Assembly (NCBI GenBank): GCA_964583345.1
Contig: CAZOWT010000002.1
Span: 1-42,757 of the forward strand
Direction of reading: 5' to 3'
Length of the DNA stretch: 42,757 nucleotides
Source: an uncultured Clostridia bacterium
Lineage (GTDB): Bacteria; Acidobacteriota; Aminicenantia; UBA2199
Shown piece after piece: positions 17,519 through 25,386 of this stretch. The notes under the pieces are model-generated. The model ran no database searches and was not told the origin of the DNA. It was given only the letters and a program-made list of their open reading frames with translations. Position numbers and translations under genes: made by a program. How positions within the stretch are numbered: the first letter of the stretch is position 1; each line of letters starts with the position of its first letter.

Positions 17519-18766
17519 ATGGGTAAAACATTTGTGGAGAAAGTGTTCGGAAACAAAGCCGGCAAAGCGGTCAGCGCCGGCGAAATCGTGTCCGTGGAAC
17601 CGGATTTTGTCATGAGCCATGACAATGCGGCGGCCATTTACAACACCTTTAAAAAAATCGGAATCAGCCGGATAAAATATCCCGAACGGGTGGTGATTAT
17701 CCTGGATCACGAAATCCCGGCGCCCAAGGAGTCATCCGCGGTCAACCACCAGGAAATCAGGCAGATGGTCAGGGAACAGAACATCATAAATTTCTTCGAT
17801 ATCAACTGCGGCATCTGCCACCAGGTTTTCGTGGAACAGGGCTTTGCCCTGCCGGGGAAGCTGATTGTGGGTTCGGATTCCCACACCACCACCTACGGCG
17901 CCCTGGGTTCGCTGGCGGCCGGCATCGGCCGTTCGGAAGTGGCCGCCATCTGGGCCACCGGCGAGTTGTGGTTTCAGGTTCCGGAAACCCTGCGCATCGT
18001 TCTCGAAGGGCCCCTGCCCGGATATATCACCCCGAAAGATATCGCCTTAAACATCATCGGCCATATCAAGGCGGACGGTGCGGATTACCGGGCTGTGGAA
18101 TTTACCGGAGACCGGGTAAGGGACATGGACATCGGAGACCGCATGGTTCTCTGTAACATGGCCGCGGAAATGGGCGCCAAAAACGGTTACGTCCCGGCGG
18201 ACGCAACCACCCGTTCCTATCTCAAAAAAATCGCCCGGGGCCGCTATGAGGACATCCATTCCGACCAAGATGCCCGGTATATCGATACCATACGCTTCGA
18301 TGTCTCGACTTTCTCTCCGGGCGTGGCCCGGCCCCACACCGTTGACAATTTCTCCCGAATCGAAGATCTGAAAAACATCAAAATCGACCAGGCGCTCATC
18401 GGGACCTGCACCAATGGCAGGCTGGCCGACCTGGAAGCGGCTGCCGGTATTCTCAAAGGGAAACGGGTCAAAATCAGGACCCTGGTTATCCCGGCTTCCT
18501 GGCAAATTTACCGCCAGGCCATGAAAAAGGGATTGCTCGACATATTCATCGATGCCGGAGCGGTGATCCTGAATCCCGGATGCGGCCCCTGCCTGGGTGC
18601 CCACCAGGGAGTTATGGCTCCGGGTGAGGTCACATTCTCGACCGCCAACCGGAATTTCAAAGGAAGAATGGGCTGCCGGGATGCGGAAATTTATCTGGGT
18701 TCGCCGCTTTCGGTTGCCGCTTCCGCCCTGACCGGCGAAATCACCGATCCCAGGAGGTTCATATGA
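17519..18766 (+). CDS. leuC: Aconitase-superfamily dehydratase large subunit, type-2 LeuC / homoaconitase HacA-like (415 aa)
   Basis: GAAGGAG SD. The N-terminus MGKTFVEKVF...VEPDFVMSHDNAA and the motifs GSDSHTTTYGALG, CTNGRL, NPGCGPCLG and STANRNFKGRMG include the Fe-S ligands. Substrate specificity (isopropylmalate, homocitrate or other) cannot be read from the sequence. Confidence 0.85.
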   Translation: MGKTFVEKVFGNKAGKAVSAGEIVSVEPDFVMSHDNAAAIYNTFKKIGISRIKYPERVVIILDHEIPAPKESSAVNHQEIRQMVREQNIINFFDINCGICHQVFVEQGFALPGKLIVGSDSHTTTYGALGSLAAGIGRSEVAAIWATGELWFQVPETLRIVLEGPLPGYITPKDIALNIIGHIKADGADYRAVEFTGDRVRDMDIGDRMVLCNMAAEMGAKNGYVPADATTRSYLKKIARGRYEDIHSDQDARYIDTIRFDVSTFSPGVARPHTVDNFSRIEDLKNIKIDQALIGTCTNGRLADLEAAAGILKGKRVKIRTLVIPASWQIYRQAMKKGLLDIFIDAGAVILNPGCGPCLGAHQGVMAPGEVTFSTANRNFKGRMGCRDAEIYLGSPLSVAASALTGEITDPRRFI

Positions 18767-19254
18767 AAAGGGTATTTACCGGAAAGGTATGGAAATACGG
18801 GGATAACGTCAACACCGATGTCATTTTCCCGGGCAAATACACCTACCAGAAAATGGAACCCGGGGAAATGGCCAAACACGCCCTGGAAGACCTGGATCCG
18901 GTATTTGCCGGACAGGTTCATGAAGGGGATATCATCGTGGCCGGGAAAAATTTCGGCATGGGCTCTTCCAGGGAACAGGCGGCCACAGCCATCAAGGCCG
19001 CCGGTGTCAGCCTGATTATCGCCAAATCTTTTGCCCGCATCTATTTCCGGAACGCCATCAATGCCGGCATGCCGGCCATCAAATCTGAGGAAGCCGTGCA
19101 GGCCATCGAAAACGGAGATGAAATTACCGTCGACATGGAGAAGGGGAAAATTCAAACGATAAAAGGCGTTTTTCCGTTTCCTCCCTATCCGAAAACCGTT
19201 CTGGAAATTCTGGATAAAAACGGCCTGATCGGTTATATCAAATCAAAAATTTAA
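18763..19254 (+). CDS. leuD: Dehydratase small subunit, type-2 LeuD / HacB-like (163 aa)
   Basis: The start overlaps the upstream stop (ATGA), with AGGAGG SD. GKVWKYGDNVNTDVIFPGKY...GKNFGMGSSREQA...FARIYFRNAIN is the swivel-domain small-subunit pattern. Confidence 0.85.
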   Translation: MKRVFTGKVWKYGDNVNTDVIFPGKYTYQKMEPGEMAKHALEDLDPVFAGQVHEGDIIVAGKNFGMGSSREQAATAIKAAGVSLIIAKSFARIYFRNAINAGMPAIKSEEAVQAIENGDEITVDMEKGKIQTIKGVFPFPPYPKTVLEILDKNGLIGYIKSKI

Positions 19255-19300
19255 TGAACGGGGCCAATCGGTCATTCTGCCCCTTCACAGGAGGAAACAC

Positions 19301-20482
19301 ATGAGCAGAACCATCGTAACCATGCCCGGAGACGGGATTGGCAAAATCGTGCTGCCGGAAGCCATCCGGGTACTGGATGCCGCCGGTTTCAAAGCCGAAT
19401 ATGTACATGCGGATATTGGCTGGGAATTCTGGTGCCGGGAAGGCAATCCCCTGCCCGGGAGAACGCTTGACCTTTTGGAAAAACATAAAATAAGCCTTTT
19501 CGGAGCCATCACCTCCAAACCCAAGACCGATGCCGGCCGGGAACTGGCGCCCGAACTCCAGGACCAGGGACTGGTGTATTACAGCCCTATTGTTGGGCTG
19601 AGGCAGCATTTTGACCTGGATATCTGCATCCGGCCCTGCAAAAGTTTCAAGGGCAATCCCCTGAATTTCATCAGGAAGGGGAACAACAATACGGTGGAGG
19701 AACCGGAAGTGGATGTGGTCATATTCCGGCAGAACACCGAGGGGCTATATGCGGGAGTGGAATGGACCGACCCGCCGGATCAGGTTTACCAGGCTTTTAA
19801 AACCCACCCCAAATTCAAAAAATTTCTGGATACCCCCAAGTCCGAACTGGCCATATCCACCCGGATATTTACCAGGAAGGCCACCCTGAGAATTCTGCGG
19901 GCAGCCTTCGAGCATGCCAAAAATTTCGGATATCAAGCGGTCACGGTCTGCGAAAAGCCGAATGTCATCAGGGAGACCTCGGGCATGATGCTCAGCCTGG
20001 CCCGGGAAATGGTGAAGGAATACGATGGCATCCAGCTCTGGAACACCAACATTGACGCCCAGATGATGTGGCTGACCAAGAATCCGGAAACCTACGGGGT
20101 GATTGTCAGCGGAAACATGTTCGGGGACATCGTATCGGACGGATTCGCCGGATTGGTGGGTGGCCTGGGGTTTGCCTGCTCGGCCAATATCGGTAAACAA
20201 ATCGCCATTTTCGAACCCACCCACGGATCAGCGCCCAAGTATGCCGAATACCAAACCTCAATCGTCAATCCGATTGCCATGATCCTTTCGGCCTGCATGA
20301 TGCTGGATCATATCGGAGAATCGGAAACGGCCGGCCGGATCCGCCGTGCCATCGCCGAGGTGATCGAGGAAGGAAAGGTCAGGGCGTACGACATGCTCAA
20401 ACTGACCGGATCTCCCGATGTGCTCGACCAGGGAGCCGCCTCCACGAAGCAGATGACCGATGCCATTATCTCCAGGCTCTGA
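19301..20482 (+). CDS. Isocitrate/isopropylmalate dehydrogenase family protein, IDH-like scaffold (393 aa)
   Basis: AGGAGG SD. Motifs: TMPGDGIGKIV, SPIVGLRQHFDLDICIRPCK (aligns with IDH SLNVALRQELDLYICLRP), an IDH-type clasp (LYAGVEW...), and NMFGDIVSD and FEPTHGSAPK metal/cofactor motifs. Confidence 0.85.
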   Translation: MSRTIVTMPGDGIGKIVLPEAIRVLDAAGFKAEYVHADIGWEFWCREGNPLPGRTLDLLEKHKISLFGAITSKPKTDAGRELAPELQDQGLVYYSPIVGLRQHFDLDICIRPCKSFKGNPLNFIRKGNNNTVEEPEVDVVIFRQNTEGLYAGVEWTDPPDQVYQAFKTHPKFKKFLDTPKSELAISTRIFTRKATLRILRAAFEHAKNFGYQAVTVCEKPNVIRETSGMMLSLAREMVKEYDGIQLWNTNIDAQMMWLTKNPETYGVIVSGNMFGDIVSDGFAGLVGGLGFACSANIGKQIAIFEPTHGSAPKYAEYQTSIVNPIAMILSACMMLDHIGESETAGRIRRAIAEVIEEGKVRAYDMLKLTGSPDVLDQGAASTKQMTDAIISRL

Positions 20483-20515
20483 CCGGTGTTTAATATTTTC
20501 TAGAAAAGCAAAAAC

Positions 20516-20544
20516 TTGACAACCTGAGGCAATCCCGGTATATT
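20516..20544 (+). promoter_or_regulatory. Near-consensus sigma70 promoter of transporter paralog 1
   Basis: TTGACA (20516-20521), a 17-nt spacer, then TATATT (20539-20544), about 57 nt upstream of the ATG at 20602. Confidence 0.5.
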
Positions 20545-20601
20545 TTTTCAAATATTGATCAGCCGATTTTTTTTATTAAATAATAAATATAAGGATAAAC
20601 A

Positions 20602-22842
20602 ATGGGAATTTTTATCGCCGCCATCATCATTCTGGCTTTTTTGGCCATCTCGGATCTGATCGTGGGCGTGAGCAATGACGCCGTTAATTTTTTGAATTCT
20701 CCCATCGGTTCACGGGTAGCCCCGAAACATGTCATCATGATTATTGCCAGTCTGGGCATCCTGGCCGGTGTGACCTTTTCCAGCGGCATGATGGAGGTGG
20801 CCCGGAAAGGCATCTTTCACCCCCGGTATTTTGTCATGCCCGAGTTATTGGTCATCTTCCTGGCCGTCATGCTGACCGATGTTATTCTGCTGGACATTTA
20901 CAACACCTTCGGTCTCCCCACCTCCACCACGGTTTCCATCGTATTTGAACTCCTGGGAGCGGCGGTGGCGGTTTCCCTGATCAAAATGTCCAAGGACAAA
21001 ACCATGACCCTGGGCGAATACATCAATACCGACAAGGCTTTTGCCATCATCATGGGTATTCTGATTTCCATTGCCATCGCTTTTTTTGTCGGGGCCATCA
21101 TCCAGTATATTACCCGCCTGATTTTCACCTTTGATTTCCACCACCGGCTGAAGCGGTATGGCGCCCTGTGGGGCGGAGTGGCCCTGTCCACCATCGTGTA
21201 TTTTATCCTGATCAAAGGCGCCAAAGGCGCCTCCTTTATCTCCGATGACATGCTGGCCTGGATCAAGACCCATACCAGCCTGATTCTGATTGGCGCCTTC
21301 GTGGTATTTTTCCTGCTGCTGCAGCTTTTGATGTCCATTTTCAAGATCAATGTGCTGAAGGTGATCATCCTGGCCGGAACCTTCGCCATTGCCATGGCTT
21401 TTGCCGCCAATGACCTGGTCAATTTCATCGGAGTGCCTCTGGCCGGCCTCAATGCCTTTCAGATTGCAGGCCATGCCGGTGATCCGCTGACAACCACCAT
21501 GCAAATCATGGAAAATCCGATTAAATCCAATACCCTGCTGCTGCTGATTGCCGGAATCGTCATGGTGGTCACCCTGTTGATATCCAAAAAAGCCCAGACC
21601 GTATCCCGAACCGAAATCAATCTCGCCCGGCAGGACGAGGGCATCGAGCGGTTCGGTTCATCCCCGCTCTCCCGGGTGATTGTCCGCATTTTTTCCAGCA
21701 TGGCGAAAAGCTCAAAAAAAATAGTGCCATCCAAATGGTACACCGCCATTTCCAGAAGATTCGACCATAAACAAGTTCAAACAAAACGCCTTCAGGATGA
21801 TACCTCATCCTTCGACCTGCTCCGGGCTTCGGTCAACCTGGTGGTGGCCAGCGCCCTGATTTCTTTGGGAACCTCGATGAAACTCCCGCTTTCCACCACC
21901 TATGTCACCTTCATGGTGGCCATGGGCACATCGCTTTCCGACCGGGCCTGGGGAAGCGAGAGCGCGGTCTACCGGGTCACCGGGGTGCTGACCGTTGTCG
22001 GCGGCTGGTTTTTCACCGCCTTCATGGCGTTTACGGTTTCCTCGATTTTCGCGGTTGCCATTTACTTCTGGCGGATTCCCGGCGTGCTGGGAATCCTGGC
22101 CCTGGTTTTTTTCGTGATCCTGAGAAATTACCGGCTGCATAAAACCCGAAGTCATGCCGAACAGGCCACGGAAATTTTCAATCTCAAAAAAATTACCGAC
22201 GCCCGGTTTGCCATCGATGCCTCATTCGAACACAGCGGACACTTTCTCAAGGAAGTCAACCAAACCCTGAACCACAGCTTCGAGGGCCTCTTCACCCTGA
22301 ACCGCCAGCAACTCAAGGGCACCAAAAAAGAAACCCGGAAGATCCAGAACTGGGCCAACATCATCATCGCCAACATCTTCAAGACCCTGCGGCTGCTGTA
22401 CAAGCAGGACATGGTTCATACCCGGGAATACGCCCGGATCATCGGTGCCATCCAGGAAATCGCCGAGAGCCAGCAGGATGCGATCTTGCGATCCTATACC
22501 CACATCGCCAACAACCACAAAGGCCTGCTGAAAGTTCAAATCGAGGAGTTGGGCCAGATTAAAAACCATATCAACGAACTGCTGGAGAAAACCTCCAATA
22601 ACCTGCTAAAGAAAGAGAACCCGGACCAATCATATCTGGAGGCCCAGTTAAGGACACTGAAAAAGCTGGTCAGAAAATTCGACGATCATCAGATCAAGCG
22701 CATCCAGGATGAGAGTTCCAAGACCCGATTGAGCATCCTGTTTTACGGGCTGATGGGGGATTCCATCAAGATCGCCGAACAAACCGTATGCCTTTCAAAA
22801 ATTTTTCAGGAATCTTTCAAACGAAACCACTCAATGAAATAA
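20602..22842 (+). CDS. PiT-family (PHO4) inorganic phosphate transporter with C-terminal PhoU-like cytoplasmic domain, paralog 1 (746 aa)
   Basis: Two PiT signature motifs are present: GVSNDAVNFL near the N-terminus and AANDLVNFIGVPLAG mid-protein, plus LPLSTTYV. There are multiple TM helices, and the last ~230 aa form a helical soluble domain (PhoU/Na-Pi cotransporter C-terminal-like). Confidence 0.8.
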   Translation: MGIFIAAIIILAFLAISDLIVGVSNDAVNFLNSPIGSRVAPKHVIMIIASLGILAGVTFSSGMMEVARKGIFHPRYFVMPELLVIFLAVMLTDVILLDIYNTFGLPTSTTVSIVFELLGAAVAVSLIKMSKDKTMTLGEYINTDKAFAIIMGILISIAIAFFVGAIIQYITRLIFTFDFHHRLKRYGALWGGVALSTIVYFILIKGAKGASFISDDMLAWIKTHTSLILIGAFVVFFLLLQLLMSIFKINVLKVIILAGTFAIAMAFAANDLVNFIGVPLAGLNAFQIAGHAGDPLTTTMQIMENPIKSNTLLLLIAGIVMVVTLLISKKAQTVSRTEINLARQDEGIERFGSSPLSRVIVRIFSSMAKSSKKIVPSKWYTAISRRFDHKQVQTKRLQDDTSSFDLLRASVNLVVASALISLGTSMKLPLSTTYVTFMVAMGTSLSDRAWGSESAVYRVTGVLTVVGGWFFTAFMAFTVSSIFAVAIYFWRIPGVLGILALVFFVILRNYRLHKTRSHAEQATEIFNLKKITDARFAIDASFEHSGHFLKEVNQTLNHSFEGLFTLNRQQLKGTKKETRKIQNWANIIIANIFKTLRLLYKQDMVHTREYARIIGAIQEIAESQQDAILRSYTHIANNHKGLLKVQIEELGQIKNHINELLEKTSNNLLKKENPDQSYLEAQLRTLKKLVRKFDDHQIKRIQDESSKTRLSILFYGLMGDSIKIAEQTVCLSKIFQESFKRNHSMK

Positions 22843-22879
22843 TTTGTTCTCGCATCAATATATGAATTGTAAAAAAACC

Positions 22880-22909
22880 TTGACTTTGAGAAATACGATG
22901 GAGTATATT
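22880..22909 (+). promoter_or_regulatory. sigma70-type promoter of transporter paralog 2
   Basis: TTGACT (22880-22885), an 18-nt spacer, then TATATT (22904-22909). The layout and AT-rich leader match those upstream of paralog 1. Confidence 0.45.
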
Positions 22910-22957
22910 TTTTTTAATTGCCTATTTCACCAAAAATTGAATCAAAAGGGATAACCA

Positions 22958-25201
22958 ATGGAAATTTTTTTCGCTGCCATCATTATTCTGGCTTTCCTGG
23001 CGGTTTCAGGGTTGATTGTCGGCGTTAGCAACGATGCGGTTAATTTTCTGAACTCACCGCTGGGATCGCGTGTCGCCCCGCCAGCCATTATTAAAATCAT
23101 TGCCAGTCTGGGCATCCTGGCCGGCGTCACCTTCTCCAGCGGCATGATGGAGGTGGCCCGAAAGGGCATCTTTCATCCCAAGTATTTTACCATGCCCGAA
23201 CTGATGGTCATTTTCGTAGCCGTCATGCTCACCAACGTCATCCTCCTGGATTTGTATAACACCTTCGGGCTGCCCACCTCTACCACGGTTTCCATCGTCT
23301 TTTCGCTACTGGGAGCAGCGGTGGTTATTTCGGTAATCAAAATCAATAGCCAGCATAATACCAGTCTTGGTAATTATATTAATACCGATCGAGCCCTGGC
23401 CATCATTCTGGGTATATTGCTATCCATTGTTGTGGCATTTGTAGCCGGATCCATTATCCAGTATTTAACCCGTCTGGTTTTCACCTTCGATTTTCAAAGC
23501 CGCCTGAAACAGTACGGCGCTGTCTGGGGTGGACTGGCCATCTCCACCATTGTCTACTTTATCCTGATTCGGGGAGCAAAAGGCGCATCCTTTATGACCG
23601 ATGATATGATTGCCTGGATTATGTCCCATACCGGCTTGATTTTACTGGGTGCTTTTTTATTTTTTTCAGTGCTGTTACAGATCATGATCATCTTGTTCAA
23701 GATCAACGTACTGAAGTTCATCATCCTGGCCGGAACCTTTGCCGTGGCCATGTCCTTTGCCGCCAACGATCTGGTCAACTTCATCGGCGTTCCCCTGGCT
23801 GGTATCAACGCCTTCAAATTCGCCAAAATCAGTGCCAATCCCCTGACCTCAACCATGGGAATCCTGCAGCAACCGATCAAATCAAACACATTGCTTTTGT
23901 TGCTCTCTGGAGCCATCATGGTCGTAACCATCTGGTTCTCCAAGAAATCGAAAACGGTCACAAAAACCGAAATCAACCTGGCGCGTCAGGATGAGGGCAT
24001 CGAGCGGTTCGGGTCATCGCCCCTCTCCCGGGTGATCGTCCGGATGTTTTCTTCCCTGTCCGGCTTATACAAGAAAGGCCTCCCCAAGAAATGGCAGAAA
24101 AATATATCGAAGCGTTTCGACCAAAAATCATTTACCGCCGCATTGGCAAGCGGTGGAGATGCGGCCTCATTCGACCTGCTGCGGGCTTCCGTAAACCTGG
24201 TGGTGGCCAGCGCCCTGATTTCTCTGGCCACCACCATGAAGCTTCCGCTCTCGACCACCAAAGTAACCATCAAGGTGGCCAAGGGAAGTTCCCATTCCGA
24301 CCGGGCCTGGGGCAGTGAAAGCGCGGTCTACCGGGTTACCGGGGTATTGACCGTCATCGGCGGCTGGTTCTTCACCGCCTTCATGGCCTTTTCGGTGGCC
24401 GCCATATTCGCCGTGGCCCTCTATTACTGGCGCATACCGGGCACGCTGGGAATCCTTGCCCTGGTCATATTCATCCTGTTCAGAAACGTTCGTATGCACC
24501 GAATAAGGAATGATGCGGAAGAGGCCACGGAAATCTTCAATCTTAAAAAAATTACCGATGCAAAATTCGCCATCAGCGCCTCATTCGAGCACAGCGGATA
24601 CTTTCTCAAGGAAGTCAACCACACGCTGAACCACAGCTTTGACGGGTTGTTCACCCTGAACCGCCAGCAACTCAAGGGCACCAAGAAAGAAACCCGCAAG
24701 ATTCAGAACTGGGCCAATATCATCATCGCCAACATCTTCAAAACCCTGCGGCTGCTGTACAAGCAGGACGTGGTCCAAACCCAGGAATACGCCCGGATCA
24801 TCGGCGCCATCCAGGAAATCGCCGAGAGCCAGCGGGATGCGATATTGAGAACCCACAGCCATATCGCCAACAACCACAAGGGTCTGCTGAAGGTTCAGAT
24901 CGAGGAATTGAACCAGATTCGGTCTCAACTCAACAGTCTGCTGGATAAGACGTCCAACACCTTATTGAAAAAGGAAAACCCGGATCAGGCTTTTCTGGAA
25001 TCCCATCTGAGAAAAGTGAAAAAAATGGTCAAGGATTTCGACAAAAACCAGATAAAACGTATACAGGACGAGAGTTCCAAGACCCGCCTGAGTATCCTGT
25101 TTTACGGGCTGATGGGAGATTCCGTCAAGATCGCCGAACAGACCGTTTGTCTGTCAAGAATTTTCCAGGACTCGTTTAAATTAAACCATTTGATTGAATA
25201 A
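22958..25201 (+). CDS. PiT-family transporter with C-terminal PhoU-like domain, paralog 2 (747 aa)
   Basis: Collinear with paralog 1 over the full length; by eye roughly three quarters of residues are identical. It has the same GVSNDAVNFL and AANDLVNFIGVPLAG motifs. Confidence 0.8.
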   Translation: MEIFFAAIIILAFLAVSGLIVGVSNDAVNFLNSPLGSRVAPPAIIKIIASLGILAGVTFSSGMMEVARKGIFHPKYFTMPELMVIFVAVMLTNVILLDLYNTFGLPTSTTVSIVFSLLGAAVVISVIKINSQHNTSLGNYINTDRALAIILGILLSIVVAFVAGSIIQYLTRLVFTFDFQSRLKQYGAVWGGLAISTIVYFILIRGAKGASFMTDDMIAWIMSHTGLILLGAFLFFSVLLQIMIILFKINVLKFIILAGTFAVAMSFAANDLVNFIGVPLAGINAFKFAKISANPLTSTMGILQQPIKSNTLLLLLSGAIMVVTIWFSKKSKTVTKTEINLARQDEGIERFGSSPLSRVIVRMFSSLSGLYKKGLPKKWQKNISKRFDQKSFTAALASGGDAASFDLLRASVNLVVASALISLATTMKLPLSTTKVTIKVAKGSSHSDRAWGSESAVYRVTGVLTVIGGWFFTAFMAFSVAAIFAVALYYWRIPGTLGILALVIFILFRNVRMHRIRNDAEEATEIFNLKKITDAKFAISASFEHSGYFLKEVNHTLNHSFDGLFTLNRQQLKGTKKETRKIQNWANIIIANIFKTLRLLYKQDVVQTQEYARIIGAIQEIAESQRDAILRTHSHIANNHKGLLKVQIEELNQIRSQLNSLLDKTSNTLLKKENPDQAFLESHLRKVKKMVKDFDKNQIKRIQDESSKTRLSILFYGLMGDSVKIAEQTVCLSRIFQDSFKLNHLIE

Positions 25202-25213
25202 GAATGAGTTGGT

Positions 25214-25333
25214 TTATTCTTCTTCTTCAATATCCTTTTCCCGCCTGCGGATCCACTTGATCAGCAGATTCACGATCCAGATCACGATCACCAGCAGTAT
25301 ACCGTATACGATCCATTTTAAAACACCGCCCAT
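25214..25333 (-). CDS. Unannotated 39-aa single-TM micro-protein (below the ORF-track cutoff)
   Basis: Minus sense reads GGAAGGAGGATAAG-ATG. The translation is MGGVLKWIVYGILLVIVIWIVNLLIKWIRRREKDIEEEE: a hydrophobic helix, a basic patch and an acidic tail. It lies 53 nt downstream of the lipid kinase gene on the same strand. Confidence 0.4.
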   Translation of the reverse strand: MGGVLKWIVYGILLVIVIWIVNLLIKWIRRREKDIEEEE

Positions 25334-25386
25334 CTTATCCTCCTTCCGGCCGCATTTTTAATAAAATTTAGTTAATCAAACCTGTT

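Noticed and set aside
17396-17710. 104-aa minus-strand ORF overlapping the leuC-type gene start
   Set aside because: It is antisense to a gene with a strong SD and clear family motifs. The remainder lies in the AT-rich divergent promoter region.
20559-20813. Pair of similar antisense ORFs (20559-20813 and 22942-23169, both starting MPFRATSIMPLEKVTPARMPRLA...), which look conserved
   Set aside because: The similarity is fully explained by the sense-strand transporter paralogues they overlap. There is no RBS, and they cover the conserved N-terminal PiT motif region.
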